A stretch of DNA of 50,567 bases from a virus (IMGVR_UViG_3300044977_000044:1-50567), one strand, 5' to 3'; numbered from the stretch's first letter, positions 8,383 to 17,700 are shown. Notes: generated by a model from the sequence alone, not told the origin. Made by a program: numbers and translations.

Positions 8383-8679
8383 ATGATGACGACTAAACTC
8401 GGACGGAGTCGAGAAGGTCACGATAAAGAGGCCGCGTCGGACGATCCGCCAACCTGCAACAAGTGTGGCGATGAATTTACGGTGCCAGACGGCTACGAAG
8501 TCACTGATTACTGCAATCCATGCGCTCAGGAATTGGTGCCGGAACTACTCACAGTCTTAGAAGCGATTGTGACTTCCGCCAACAACGGCAACGAGCCGGG
8601 GCGGACATGGATTATGGTCGCAGGCGGATTGATTGATTCTGCCGAGGCCGCAATCAAAAAGGCGAAGGCTAACTTATGA
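8383..8679 (+). CDS. Zn-finger hypothetical protein
   Basis: CNKC...CNPC; C-terminal PELL...AEAAIKKA typical of small phage genes. Confidence 0.6.
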   Translation: MMTTKLGRSREGHDKEAASDDPPTCNKCGDEFTVPDGYEVTDYCNPCAQELVPELLTVLEAIVTSANNGNEPGRTWIMVAGGLIDSAEAAIKKAKANL

Positions 8680-9908
8680 GCGAAAAACCAGTGGACCATA
8701 ACGCTAAGCAAGATACAGCGTCGCAGAAATGCCCCAATTGCGGAAGCGAAACTGGTAAACGTGGATGGATAACGATCCCGCCGCGATCAGTCGGCTCTAT
8801 AGCAATGTTCGGACGTGATGAACTATGTACGCATCGCTGGCATGACGAGCCTGCCGATTCCCTCGCTGCCATGTGCGACCGAGCAAGCCGAGAAACGCCG
8901 CTACCGTACTTTGTAAAACAAAACGGCGACGGTCGTTTACACTTCAGTGTCGATTCTTCGATGCTAACTTCATTCTCGAAGTGTCCCACACTTTTCCGTT
9001 ACCAATACGTCCAGTTACAACGCCGTAAGGGAATGCCCGGAGCCATGAGCATCGGCGGATGGTGGTCCAAAGTCCTGGAGCTGTTTTACACGAACATGCA
9101 GTCTCGACAAAAGAGCAACGCCGGTTACGTAACGCGTAGCGAAATGATGGCCTTTGCCGCAAGCGCGTGGCAGTCTTGTAACATGGAAGCCATGAAGTTA
9201 CAAAACGCGAAAGCGTATGACGCCTTTGGCGGCCCGCTCGGCGCCGCGGCAATGGCCAGTGAATATTACGACCGCATCGGCGGCATTGACAACACCAATC
9301 TAAAGATTATATCTAGCGAAGCTGGCTTCGGACTTCGCGGTGAAATGGTCCTCTTCGAGGACAATGAAATTGTCATTCATTACATCGGTAAACCAGACCT
9401 TACGGTCTATGATAGTGCATCAAAAGTGCTTGCACCGTTAGATCACAAAACTGTAGACCGTATCAAATCCGATATCCAACGCAAGTACAAACCGCACGGT
9501 CAAACCTGCGGTTATATTTGGGCTATCGGCAAGTTAGCTAAAAGCCTCGGCTTTGACATCCCCGTGGACCGCTGCATCATAAACATCGCAGCGCGACTAC
9601 CACCGGCGGAGAAACCGAAGGACGGCAAGCCGAAACCGCGCTTCACGCGCGTGTATCCAACGTATTCGCCAGATGAAATCGAAGAGTGGCGACTTTCAGT
9701 TCTGTCGAAGGTAAGAGCAATCCGTAACGCAATCTTGACAGACTCATGGTACATGAGCGACAGCTCCTGCCACTTGTACGGAGGTTGCGACTTCCGCCTC
9801 GTCGATAGTGTAGCTCCAGCGAACCGAGACATAGTCCTACGAAGTGACTACGTTACGGTGGAACCGTGGGTGCCTTACGAAGTTGAAGATGAACAAACCG
9901 GAGAATAA
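8676..9908 (+). CDS. PD-(D/E)xK exonuclease (RecB/Cas4-like)
   Basis: DSSMLTSFSKCP, E...GKPDL...LDHKT, QTCGY, and C-terminal CHLYGGCDF. Confidence 0.85.
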   Translation: MSEKPVDHNAKQDTASQKCPNCGSETGKRGWITIPPRSVGSIAMFGRDELCTHRWHDEPADSLAAMCDRASRETPLPYFVKQNGDGRLHFSVDSSMLTSFSKCPTLFRYQYVQLQRRKGMPGAMSIGGWWSKVLELFYTNMQSRQKSNAGYVTRSEMMAFAASAWQSCNMEAMKLQNAKAYDAFGGPLGAAAMASEYYDRIGGIDNTNLKIISSEAGFGLRGEMVLFEDNEIVIHYIGKPDLTVYDSASKVLAPLDHKTVDRIKSDIQRKYKPHGQTCGYIWAIGKLAKSLGFDIPVDRCIINIAARLPPAEKPKDGKPKPRFTRVYPTYSPDEIEEWRLSVLSKVRAIRNAILTDSWYMSDSSCHLYGGCDFRLVDSVAPANRDIVLRSDYVTVEPWVPYEVEDEQTGE

Positions 9909-9910
9909 AA

Positions 9911-10708
9911 ATGCCAACAGACGTTACAAGTATGGAAAAGGCTACCGCCTTTGAGAAGCTGACGCTCCTTGAAGTTGGGCCAGAGAAAGGCGGCAAGTCT
10001 CGCCTTGCGGCCACGGGGCGTAAACCCGTACTGTTCCTTGACTATGACCGACGCGCCGCGGCAGTAAGCGGAATACCTGGCGTATTCGCCATCACGAAAC
10101 CGTTAATCGACCCGGCTTGGCCGAACCAACCTACTGCGTATCAGCAAACGCTTAACATCCTTGGCGAGTTGGAACAGCACAAGATTGATCTCGGTGATGC
10201 CTCTGGTCCCAAGTTGCCAAAGACTCTCGTCTTTGACTCCGTCGCAAGCTTCGCTAAGTGCGCTGGCGCATATGCGTGGTTCACCACACCGGACATCCGT
10301 CGAACAATCTCCGTTGGCGGTCAACAGTTCCACCTCCCGAAGGGCTTTGACGGCTGGAACGCCGAGATGTCTCTTGTAGAGTCGGCCATCTTGCGAGCGT
10401 TAGCGATACCAGACCTGGACGTCATTTGTACGCTGCATGAACAGCCCGAAGAGGCTCCAGAATCCACGAACGAAAAGCCCAGTTTCACTGGCAAGTTCGC
10501 CATTTACCCCACCCGGTACAAACTCCTGCTCAAATGGTTTAACGAAGTTTGGAGGGTAACAAGAGAAGACGCAAATGGCCCGAAGATTCAAGTCGTGCCG
10601 AATTGGCAATTTACTTCCGCTGCTACAAACCTTGGTATAACGTTAGTTGACAAACCGGACATTTCTTATTTAATAGACAAGGCTTTATCCAACGGTCACA
10701 AGCCGTAA
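9911..10708 (+). CDS. AAA ATPase, Sak4-like recombinase
   Basis: Walker A GPEKGGKS, LFLDYD, TLVFDS, ICTLHE; located between the nuclease and the SSB-like gene. Confidence 0.8.
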   Translation: MPTDVTSMEKATAFEKLTLLEVGPEKGGKSRLAATGRKPVLFLDYDRRAAAVSGIPGVFAITKPLIDPAWPNQPTAYQQTLNILGELEQHKIDLGDASGPKLPKTLVFDSVASFAKCAGAYAWFTTPDIRRTISVGGQQFHLPKGFDGWNAEMSLVESAILRALAIPDLDVICTLHEQPEEAPESTNEKPSFTGKFAIYPTRYKLLLKWFNEVWRVTREDANGPKIQVVPNWQFTSAATNLGITLVDKPDISYLIDKALSNGHKP

Positions 10709-10736
10709 CTTAACTAAACCAGAAAAGGACAAAACA

Positions 10737-11195
10737 ATGCCAAAAATCAAAGGTTCCAAAGAGTCGCTTGAAGGCAAAGCGGCATTGCCGGGCGGAATTT
10801 TCACGTTCCGTCTTGACGGTTTCGATCCAAAGCTGTCCAAGGACACAAAGTCGGTAAACCTTCAACCTAAGATGAAGGTTATCAATCACCAACAGCACAA
10901 CGATTCGAGAATCTTCGAGAACCTGAACTCTCAGGCGACTTGGGTCATGCGTGATTTTTGCCACTCTCTTGGCGTTCTGATGGATGGACCAGATCAGACG
11001 GATATGCCAGGTGAGTTCCAAGGGCCAGAAGCCGATCCGAGCCAATGGAAGTACGTCGGCCCACTTGTGGGCCAGACTGGCCAAGTCGAACTGACGACAG
11101 TTCCGAATCTGAAAGGTGGAACACGAACCGTACCGAAGCGTTACCTTTGCAGGATTCTGGGCTGCGTCGTAAAACATTCTGAGTCCCTCGTCTAA
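10737..11195 (+). CDS. Single-stranded DNA-binding-like protein (DUF669-like)
   Basis: Synteny after Sak4; LPGGIF...LVGQTGQV pattern. Confidence 0.55.
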   Translation: MPKIKGSKESLEGKAALPGGIFTFRLDGFDPKLSKDTKSVNLQPKMKVINHQQHNDSRIFENLNSQATWVMRDFCHSLGVLMDGPDQTDMPGEFQGPEADPSQWKYVGPLVGQTGQVELTTVPNLKGGTRTVPKRYLCRILGCVVKHSESLV

Positions 11196-11401
11196 CGACG
11201 ATAACTTGGAACAAGTTCACCGTGGCTGTGCCAAGCTCCACCACTTACGTGGTACAAACTGAGCGTCAGGCAAAGCCGTAGACGGTGAGTGGACTCCGTT
11301 GCTAATCCGGCGGCTAACACCAAAGCGTAGTTGAGCAATGCTATGTAGCGTCGTCAAGGATCACGCGGAGCGGGAAGGTTAGCAAAACCGCATAGTCCAT
11401 T
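11188..11401 (+). ncRNA. Candidate structured intergenic RNA
   Basis: Nested stems AGTGGACT/AGTCCATT, TTGCTAATC/GGTTAGCAA, TCACCGT/ACGGTGA and several hairpins. Confidence 0.4.
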
Positions 11402-11412
11402 TGAGGAGCCGA

Positions 11413-11628
11413 ATGGCTGACAAAGAACTAACATCGAATGCCTACTGCATCGGATGCAGCGCACGCATTCCAGTCTACGAACTTATGTGTAGTTCCTGCA
11501 AACGTAAGTTTCCAGTCCTTGCCTCAAGAGCGAAGCTCTGCTCGGAGTGCGGCAGGCCATATTTTGTACCGCCTACGGCGGAGCAAGTTGAACAGGAAAG
11601 GCTTGAAAAATGCCAGAAACAATCCTGA
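11413..11628 (+). CDS. Triple-CxxC Zn-finger protein
   Basis: CIGC, CSSC, CSEC; GAGGAG RBS. Confidence 0.6.
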   Translation: MADKELTSNAYCIGCSARIPVYELMCSSCKRKFPVLASRAKLCSECGRPYFVPPTAEQVEQERLEKCQKQS

Positions 11629-12902
11629 CCGATACAATCCTAACCGATGGGCGTATCCGCGCCGATATGGGGGACATTGACGGTCTTTGTAATTCCATTC
11701 GAGAGTTTGGTTTGATTCAACCAATTGTTATTATACTACTTTCAAGGGCACTAACACCGACGTTAGTCGTTGGCGGCCGCCGGCTTGCAGCTTTGAAACG
11801 CCTCGGTATTAAGAAGCTACAACACGGTATCCATTTTATTTACCGAGGCGAAGAAAGTGACTATCAAAGAAAAGCTGTCGAATTGGAGGAGAATCTCCGA
11901 CGTAAGGAACTTAGCTGGCAAGAACAAGTTACCGCTAAACAAGAACTTCTCCGACTTATGCAGAGCATCCATGGAGTTGCAGAAGTTGGCGGAAGAACTC
12001 GGCAAGAACTTGCGGAAGGAAGCTCAAACGGATTTGGCGTCCGCAAGCTGGCGGCACTCCTTGGCGAAAACCCAACACAGACTAGCAAAGACTTGCGTAT
12101 TGCTGGCGCGATTAAATCCCTACCTCAACTTGCCAAGGCAGACACCAAGGAAGGAGCCTTCCGGCAATTATCCATACTAGGCGCGTTAGCGAGTATGGTC
12201 GTGAACAGGGCGCCGGTTGGGACGACGGTGCCGCAATGGACATTGTATGAAGGAGACTTTAATGCGAATGCAAAACAACTTGGGGACCAAACCGTTGATC
12301 TGGTTTATTCAGATTTGCCGTTTGGCGTATCGCTCTCTCAAATGTCGAAACACGCTGGCGGCGTCGTGGATTACAATGACTCGTGGGATGACATCGTTAA
12401 CTCCCTGGATGCCGTTGGGGTCACCGCCTACAGAGTTCTACGCCCAGATAGATTTGGAATCTTCTGGTTCGGATTCAAGTATTACGAATTACTACGAACT
12501 GCACTTGAGCGAGCGGGATTTACAGTCAATCCTGTTCCTGTTGTCTGGTGGAAGCACACTCGTTCGACAGAGAACCCGAACACCCGCTACGCTAACGGAT
12601 ACGACGCCGCGCTAGTTGCCATGAAAGGCTCCCCGGTCTTTATCCGTCCCGGCTCCGCCAACGTTGTCGATCTACCTTCGGTAGCATCAACCGACAGGCT
12701 GCAAATTGCGCAGCAGCCGGTGGCACTTGTAAAAAAGTTCATTGAAGATACCACTGCCGAAGGCGCTACTGTCGTAGACTTCACCGCAGGTAGCGGCACC
12801 ACAGGCGTTGCGGCGTTGGAGCTGAAACGTAAAGTAATTCTCTTTGAGAAGGAGCCTGCCGCATGTACGTTGATAAAAGCGAGGCTGGGAGCCATCAAAT
12901 AA
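11610..12902 (+). CDS. ParB-like domain fused to an N6A/N4C DNA methyltransferase (beta class)
   Basis: SIREFGLIQPI...GGRRLAA...ENLRR (ParB N-domain); SDLPF (motif IV variant); DFTAGSGTTG (SAM-binding motif I). Confidence 0.88.
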   Translation: MPETILTDTILTDGRIRADMGDIDGLCNSIREFGLIQPIVIILLSRALTPTLVVGGRRLAALKRLGIKKLQHGIHFIYRGEESDYQRKAVELEENLRRKELSWQEQVTAKQELLRLMQSIHGVAEVGGRTRQELAEGSSNGFGVRKLAALLGENPTQTSKDLRIAGAIKSLPQLAKADTKEGAFRQLSILGALASMVVNRAPVGTTVPQWTLYEGDFNANAKQLGDQTVDLVYSDLPFGVSLSQMSKHAGGVVDYNDSWDDIVNSLDAVGVTAYRVLRPDRFGIFWFGFKYYELLRTALERAGFTVNPVPVVWWKHTRSTENPNTRYANGYDAALVAMKGSPVFIRPGSANVVDLPSVASTDRLQIAQQPVALVKKFIEDTTAEGATVVDFTAGSGTTGVAALELKRKVILFEKEPAACTLIKARLGAIK

Positions 12903-12980
12903 AAGAGCTGGTTCTGCAAACTTTGTTTGCGTTAGCCTACGAAGTACAATGGTATCACGAACACTGCCTTGCAGTGTTAG

Positions 12981-15584
12981 ATGAGGACGGAAGTGGGATT
13001 ACTGACCGACGCTTTAAGCAATCTTTGTAGGTCCAAGGGGCTGAACTTCGTTCAGTTCCGTGGCGACCCACGAAGCCCTGTGTGGGTAATCGGCGAAGCC
13101 CCTGGCGCCGACGAGGACCAGTACGGAGTACCGTTCTGCGGTGCCTCCGGCAAAGAGCTTGATCGGATGCTTGCAGAAGCCGGCTTTCGCCCAGATACAG
13201 TCTGTTTCACGAACCCTTACAATGTAAGGCCGCCAGACAATGATCTATCACGTATCGAAGAACTTGGTGTTCCGAAGGAACAGTATGAAAAAGCTTTTCT
13301 CGAAATGCTCACCGAGTATAAACCCACTATACTTATTCTCACTGGCGGGACTCCCACTTCGTTGCTTTGCCCAGATACCATTTCTAAACGAGCAGGAGAA
13401 ACGCAGATTACGAAGTGGCGAGGCAGCTTGCTATGTAGCCCGAAGCTCGACTGGCCACACTACTGCGTTCCTGTGTACCACCCAGCCTTCGTCTTGCGGG
13501 AATGGTCTGAGCGACAAGTCGCAATCTTGTGTCTCGAACGAGCTAGAGAAGAGTTCGATTTCTGGCGACAGAACCAGCGACTCCAAACACTTCCTGAGAG
13601 GCAACTTATTGTACAACCCGGAGCGTCGGAAGTTGTAGACTTCTTGCGTTCGTGTCTCGCCTCGGACAGTTACGTCAGTAACGATATTGAAACGATCAGC
13701 GGTAAATACCCCTACACCTTCGGTATTGCACCGTCGGCCAAACTTGGCATGAGCTTCAGCTTATGGAATTATGAACCAGAACAACTCCGTAAAATCTGGC
13801 AAAGCCTCGACCTGGTACTTAAAACAAGAAAACAAATTGGACAAAATTATCTCGGATTTGACTGCTGCCACTTGGAGGCCCTCGGATTCCGACCGAGGAC
13901 GGATTTGGCAAGCGATACTATGGTTAGGCACCACATTTTATGGCCCGAGTTTGAGCACAAGTTACAGTTTCAAACATTCCAATACACGCGCCAGCCTTAC
14001 TATAAAGATGAAGGCCGACTCTGGCACCCCCGGCAGGGGATCGCCCCGCTCATGCGGTATAACGCTATGGATGCGTGTGTCACTTATGAAGCTCACGAAA
14101 GGCAGGAGGAAGAATTTGATGACAGACCATACCTGCGAACGTTCTACGAAACGTACCAAAAGAAACTTAACCACCACTTCCATTGGATCGAAAAACGCGG
14201 ACTCCTTACGGACGCCACTGCGCTGGCGGGACTTAATAACTTTATTCTCACCGAACTTGGAAAGGCTTGCGGAGAAATATCCAAGTTTACGAACAGGCCG
14301 GTATCGGCTGATAAGCCTGGCTGCATTAAGCTTGCCAAAAGCCTCGGTTGTACGGAGAAAGAAATCGTCAACCTCAATTCGCCAACGCAAGTCATCACGC
14401 TGCTTAAAGCGGCAGGCTGTAAAATCCCAAAGAAGCGCGGTTCCGGTAAGGAAAGCAGCGACTCGGAAACGCTAAACAAGATCGTCGCCGAAACGGCCAA
14501 TCCCGTTGCCGTTCAGGTACTGCAAACGCGTGAGTTATCGAAGATAAAAGGAACCTATGTCAATGCGAAGCTTGCTGATGGCATCCTCTATTGCTCTTAT
14601 GTCGTTACTGGCACCGTTACTGGCCGGCGGAGTAGTCGCGCTAATGTTTTTGGACTCGGCACCAACCACCAGAACTTACCTAAGCATTCTATTCTTGGTA
14701 AGAAGTTTCGCCGTTGTCTGGTTGCTCGGCCTGGTTACATTTTTGTTAGCTGTGACCAAGCTTCCGCTGAAGATTGGATCGTCCAGGGGATAATCGCAGA
14801 TCAGACTGGCGTTCTTTCAGGTTTACAGGAACTGCGCGATGGCGTCGATAGGCACCAGAACCTCGCCGCGTTCGTGTTCTCGAAGCCGAAGGCTGAATGC
14901 GGTAAAGATACAATGTACCGTTACCTTGGTAAGAAGACGCGCCACGCAGCTAATTATGATATGGGTCCGTTCCGGATGTCGCAGGCACTGGCAACTGAAG
15001 GTTATACCATAACACAGGATCATTGCGAATCGTTGCTTAACAGTTTTCATACGTTCGATCCGTCGATACGTGGCGTGTTCCATGCTTACATACAACATGA
15101 AATGCTCACGTCACGGACGTTACGAACACCACTCGGTAGAGAGCGGTACTTTTTCGGTCTTCGACCGTACTCCGACAATCACAAACTCTTCAAAGAAGGC
15201 TATGCCTACATTCCCCAATCCACCGTAGGTGACAACACCGGCCTTGCCATCAACTATGTTGAAGAACACTACCCTGAACACTGCGTATTGGAAACCCATG
15301 ATGCAATCACACTGGAAGTGAAGGACGAGCCGGCGGAGATTATAAAAGCCGCAGGCGTGCTGCAAGCAGCTTTTCACCGAACACTTGTGTTCCCGAAGGG
15401 ACTCGAAATTGAAATTCCGATCGAGACCGAAATCGGTTACAATCTACAGGATACAAAGAAATGGACAGAGAATGGCGACCTGTACCAATTGCTTTCTATG
15501 CTTCGTTCTATGAAATCTCAAACCTTGGCGAAGTCAGAAGAACAAAATCAGCCAGTCCAAGAAACCGCTTCGGTAAGTTGCTAA
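12981..15584 (+). CDS. polA: Family A DNA polymerase with N-terminal family-4 UDG-like domain and 3'-5' exonuclease
   Basis: GEAPGADED...PFCGASG...RPPDN...HPAFVLR (UDG); DIET, QNYLGFD, YNAMD (exonuclease); TGRRSS, QNLP, DQASAE, RYLGKKTRHAANY, HDAI (polymerase motifs). Confidence 0.95.
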   Translation: MRTEVGLLTDALSNLCRSKGLNFVQFRGDPRSPVWVIGEAPGADEDQYGVPFCGASGKELDRMLAEAGFRPDTVCFTNPYNVRPPDNDLSRIEELGVPKEQYEKAFLEMLTEYKPTILILTGGTPTSLLCPDTISKRAGETQITKWRGSLLCSPKLDWPHYCVPVYHPAFVLREWSERQVAILCLERAREEFDFWRQNQRLQTLPERQLIVQPGASEVVDFLRSCLASDSYVSNDIETISGKYPYTFGIAPSAKLGMSFSLWNYEPEQLRKIWQSLDLVLKTRKQIGQNYLGFDCCHLEALGFRPRTDLASDTMVRHHILWPEFEHKLQFQTFQYTRQPYYKDEGRLWHPRQGIAPLMRYNAMDACVTYEAHERQEEEFDDRPYLRTFYETYQKKLNHHFHWIEKRGLLTDATALAGLNNFILTELGKACGEISKFTNRPVSADKPGCIKLAKSLGCTEKEIVNLNSPTQVITLLKAAGCKIPKKRGSGKESSDSETLNKIVAETANPVAVQVLQTRELSKIKGTYVNAKLADGILYCSYVVTGTVTGRRSSRANVFGLGTNHQNLPKHSILGKKFRRCLVARPGYIFVSCDQASAEDWIVQGIIADQTGVLSGLQELRDGVDRHQNLAAFVFSKPKAECGKDTMYRYLGKKTRHAANYDMGPFRMSQALATEGYTITQDHCESLLNSFHTFDPSIRGVFHAYIQHEMLTSRTLRTPLGRERYFFGLRPYSDNHKLFKEGYAYIPQSTVGDNTGLAINYVEEHYPEHCVLETHDAITLEVKDEPAEIIKAAGVLQAAFHRTLVFPKGLEIEIPIETEIGYNLQDTKKWTENGDLYQLLSMLRSMKSQTLAKSEEQNQPVQETASVSC

Positions 15585-15847
15585 AACCAATGGTAGCCAA
15601 GGGCTATTACTTTGTAATGCTTTGGCGACTTGGCATGTCATCAGTGTACCAGGTACATTGCCTTGTAGCCGGTGCATTTTTAGGAGAACGTCCTCCTAAT
15701 TATGTAATCCACCACAAAGACGATAACCGTACCAATAACGCTGCAATAAACTTGGTATATATACCAACAAGAGTCAATACTTGCGCGAGGTATTCGCAGA
15801 CAAGGGCAAGTTACCTTGAGACAGCTAAAAGGATCGTGGGTAGATAA
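15461..15847 (+). CDS. NUMOD4-HNH homing endonuclease
   Basis: EWRPV...YEISNLGEVR; VHCLVAGAF...HHKDDNRTNN...NL. Confidence 0.85.
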   Translation: MDREWRPVPIAFYASFYEISNLGEVRRTKSASPRNRFGKLLKPMVAKGYYFVMLWRLGMSSVYQVHCLVAGAFLGERPPNYVIHHKDDNRTNNAAINLVYIPTRVNTCARYSQTRASYLETAKRIVGR

Positions 15848-16988
15848 TTATGTAACGTGGGTATCCAAACTTGCTGACAGCCCTTCTCAATACCACTGGT
15901 GGAGTGCGGTATCGGTCATAGCTGCAACTCTAAAACGCCGTGTTTGGGTGAATAGGGGATCGTGGAAGTTAATGCCTAACCTTTTCACGATACTCGTCGG
16001 CCGTCCTGGGTACGGTAAAGGCGGAGCTGTCAACCCGGCAGTTGGGATACTAAATGAGGCCAATTCCGCCAACGTTTTATCTGACCGTCTTACAATTGAA
16101 TATGTACTTGAAAGACTTTCAAAAGGTTTCGCGGCAACAGCACCTGGCGCAACGCCGCAATCGTTCACACTTGGAAAAGAAGCGTCAGCGATGATATTCG
16201 CGCCAGAATTATCAATTTTTGTATCGTCAACGCACACACTTCAGATTCTGTCAGATTTGTGGGATGCCAGAGAAGGAAAATTCCATTATGGGACACGGCA
16301 TAAGGGAGAATGGCACATTCAAGACCCTTGCCTTAGTATGCTCGCTGCTTCTGCTCCTGATTGGCTTATACGAACAATCCCTACGGACGCAGTCGGCGGC
16401 GGTTTTACTCGCCGTGTTAATTTTGTACTTGCGTCCAAGCCGTCGGTAAAGACAAATGCTTGGCCGGTTTACAACGGGGCTGGACAGGTCCGACAGGAAC
16501 TCATTGAAGACCTTCGCAGAATAAGCCAACTACAAGGCGAGTTCAAGTTCGATTCCGGCGCGAAGCTCGACTTTGAAAAGTTGTTTGGCGAGACACTCGG
16601 AGAGTGGGAAGATGAAGCGACTGCTTCGTATATTACTACAAAGTGGGCTCATTCTACTAAGCTGGCCATGGTGCTTTCTGCTTCTCGCGGTGACGATCTT
16701 GTTATTACCGCTGCTGATTTTGCCGCAGCTAGAGGAATGGTTGACCAGGTCACTACGGACCTTAAAACGGTGTTCAGGGGCGCTGGCACCGGGGATTACG
16801 TCACGGCGTGTGATAAAATAGTTCAGTACCTTGAAATGAAACCTGGCGCTTCGCGCAGAGAAATTATGGGCTTCGCCTGGAAGTACGTTCACTCAGCAGA
16901 GCTTGACGTTTGTTTAGTAACCTTGGAACAAGGTAACATGATCGAGTCGCGTCAGCGTGGCAACAATACTGTATATTTTAAGAAGTGA
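15816..16988 (+). CDS. P-loop helicase-like replication protein (DUF3987-like) with C-terminal winged helix
   Basis: PNLFTILVGRPGYGKG, GGGFTRR; follows the polymerase. Confidence 0.75.
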   Translation: MRQLKGSWVDNYVTWVSKLADSPSQYHWWSAVSVIAATLKRRVWVNRGSWKLMPNLFTILVGRPGYGKGGAVNPAVGILNEANSANVLSDRLTIEYVLERLSKGFAATAPGATPQSFTLGKEASAMIFAPELSIFVSSTHTLQILSDLWDAREGKFHYGTRHKGEWHIQDPCLSMLAASAPDWLIRTIPTDAVGGGFTRRVNFVLASKPSVKTNAWPVYNGAGQVRQELIEDLRRISQLQGEFKFDSGAKLDFEKLFGETLGEWEDEATASYITTKWAHSTKLAMVLSASRGDDLVITAADFAAARGMVDQVTTDLKTVFRGAGTGDYVTACDKIVQYLEMKPGASRREIMGFAWKYVHSAELDVCLVTLEQGNMIESRQRGNNTVYFKK

Positions 16989-17000
16989 AAGGATACCAAA

Positions 17001-17369
17001 ATGAAGAACGCAACCGAAGATGGTCCATTCACGTCGTTAAGTGAGTGGATTGCCGAAGAAGAAAAGAAATGTTTCTTGACGCCGGTCCTGATCGACGGCG
17101 GACGAATCGTCATCAAACAGGATAACTTCCACTATTCCGGACGCATCGCCATTCCTGACACAGCGAAGCGCCGGCCAACAACTGGCCACGTAGTGCGGGT
17201 CGATGACGTTGAGAAGTTTGGTGACCTGCTCGGCAAACGTGTCGTTTTTGGCATGTACTCCGGCACGCTCATCGTATTCAAGGACAAGACTCCGTACAGA
17301 GTCTTGGATACAAGAGAGATTCTCGCGGTGGTCGAAATCGAAGATGTCGAACTTGACAACGTCGAATAA
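17001..17369 (+). CDS. groES: GroES/Cpn10-like co-chaperonin
   Basis: GRIVIK...GRIAIPDTAK...TGHVVRV...GKRVVFGMYSGT...YRVLDTREILAV. Confidence 0.85.
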   Translation: MKNATEDGPFTSLSEWIAEEEKKCFLTPVLIDGGRIVIKQDNFHYSGRIAIPDTAKRRPTTGHVVRVDDVEKFGDLLGKRVVFGMYSGTLIVFKDKTPYRVLDTREILAVVEIEDVELDNVE

Positions 17370-17448
17370 GACCGCTACGTCCAGAACGCAATACAATTCC
17401 GTCTAAGAGACGGAAGTTTATCCCCGTCAAGCCTGAGGAAGGTGGCAA

Positions 17449-17700
17449 ATGCCAAAAGACAAAATTGGAAACTCGCTGGCCGAAGGCGATCTGGTTAAGG
17501 TCGAAGTAGCCGGTGATCTAATCGGCGAGATACGAAGTTATGAGGAGGGAAGTACGCTTGGCCTTAACAAGATGGTCCTTCCGGCCAAAATGCGAATTAT
17601 CATAGACATAACGTTACAAGACGGCTCGGCTCGCGGAGTATTTGGCAACTTGCTAAAGATTTACAACCCCAAAAGGAACGAGCCGTCAGGCAACGCTTAG
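17449..17700 (+). CDS. Hypothetical protein (KOW/SH3-like)
   Basis: KDKIGNSLAEGDLVKV; GAGGAAGG RBS. Confidence 0.6.
   Translation: MPKDKIGNSLAEGDLVKVEVAGDLIGEIRSYEEGSTLGLNKMVLPAKMRIIIDITLQDGSARGVFGNLLKIYNPKRNEPSGNA

Noticed and set aside
8676-9908. Cas4-like nuclease as a sign of a CRISPR system
   Set aside because: No repeat-spacer array or other cas genes were seen; its context with Sak4 and SSB indicates a recombination exonuclease
11188-11401. tRNA, or hammerhead, pistol or HDV-like ribozyme
   Set aside because: No cloverleaf or TTCG T-loop, and I could not place the conserved catalytic cores of these ribozymes
13771-14475. Long alternative-frame and antisense ORFs (for example 13771-14475, 4289-4927, 49752-50444)
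   Set aside because: They overlap well-supported genes and lack an RBS or recognisable motifs; treated as shadow ORFs
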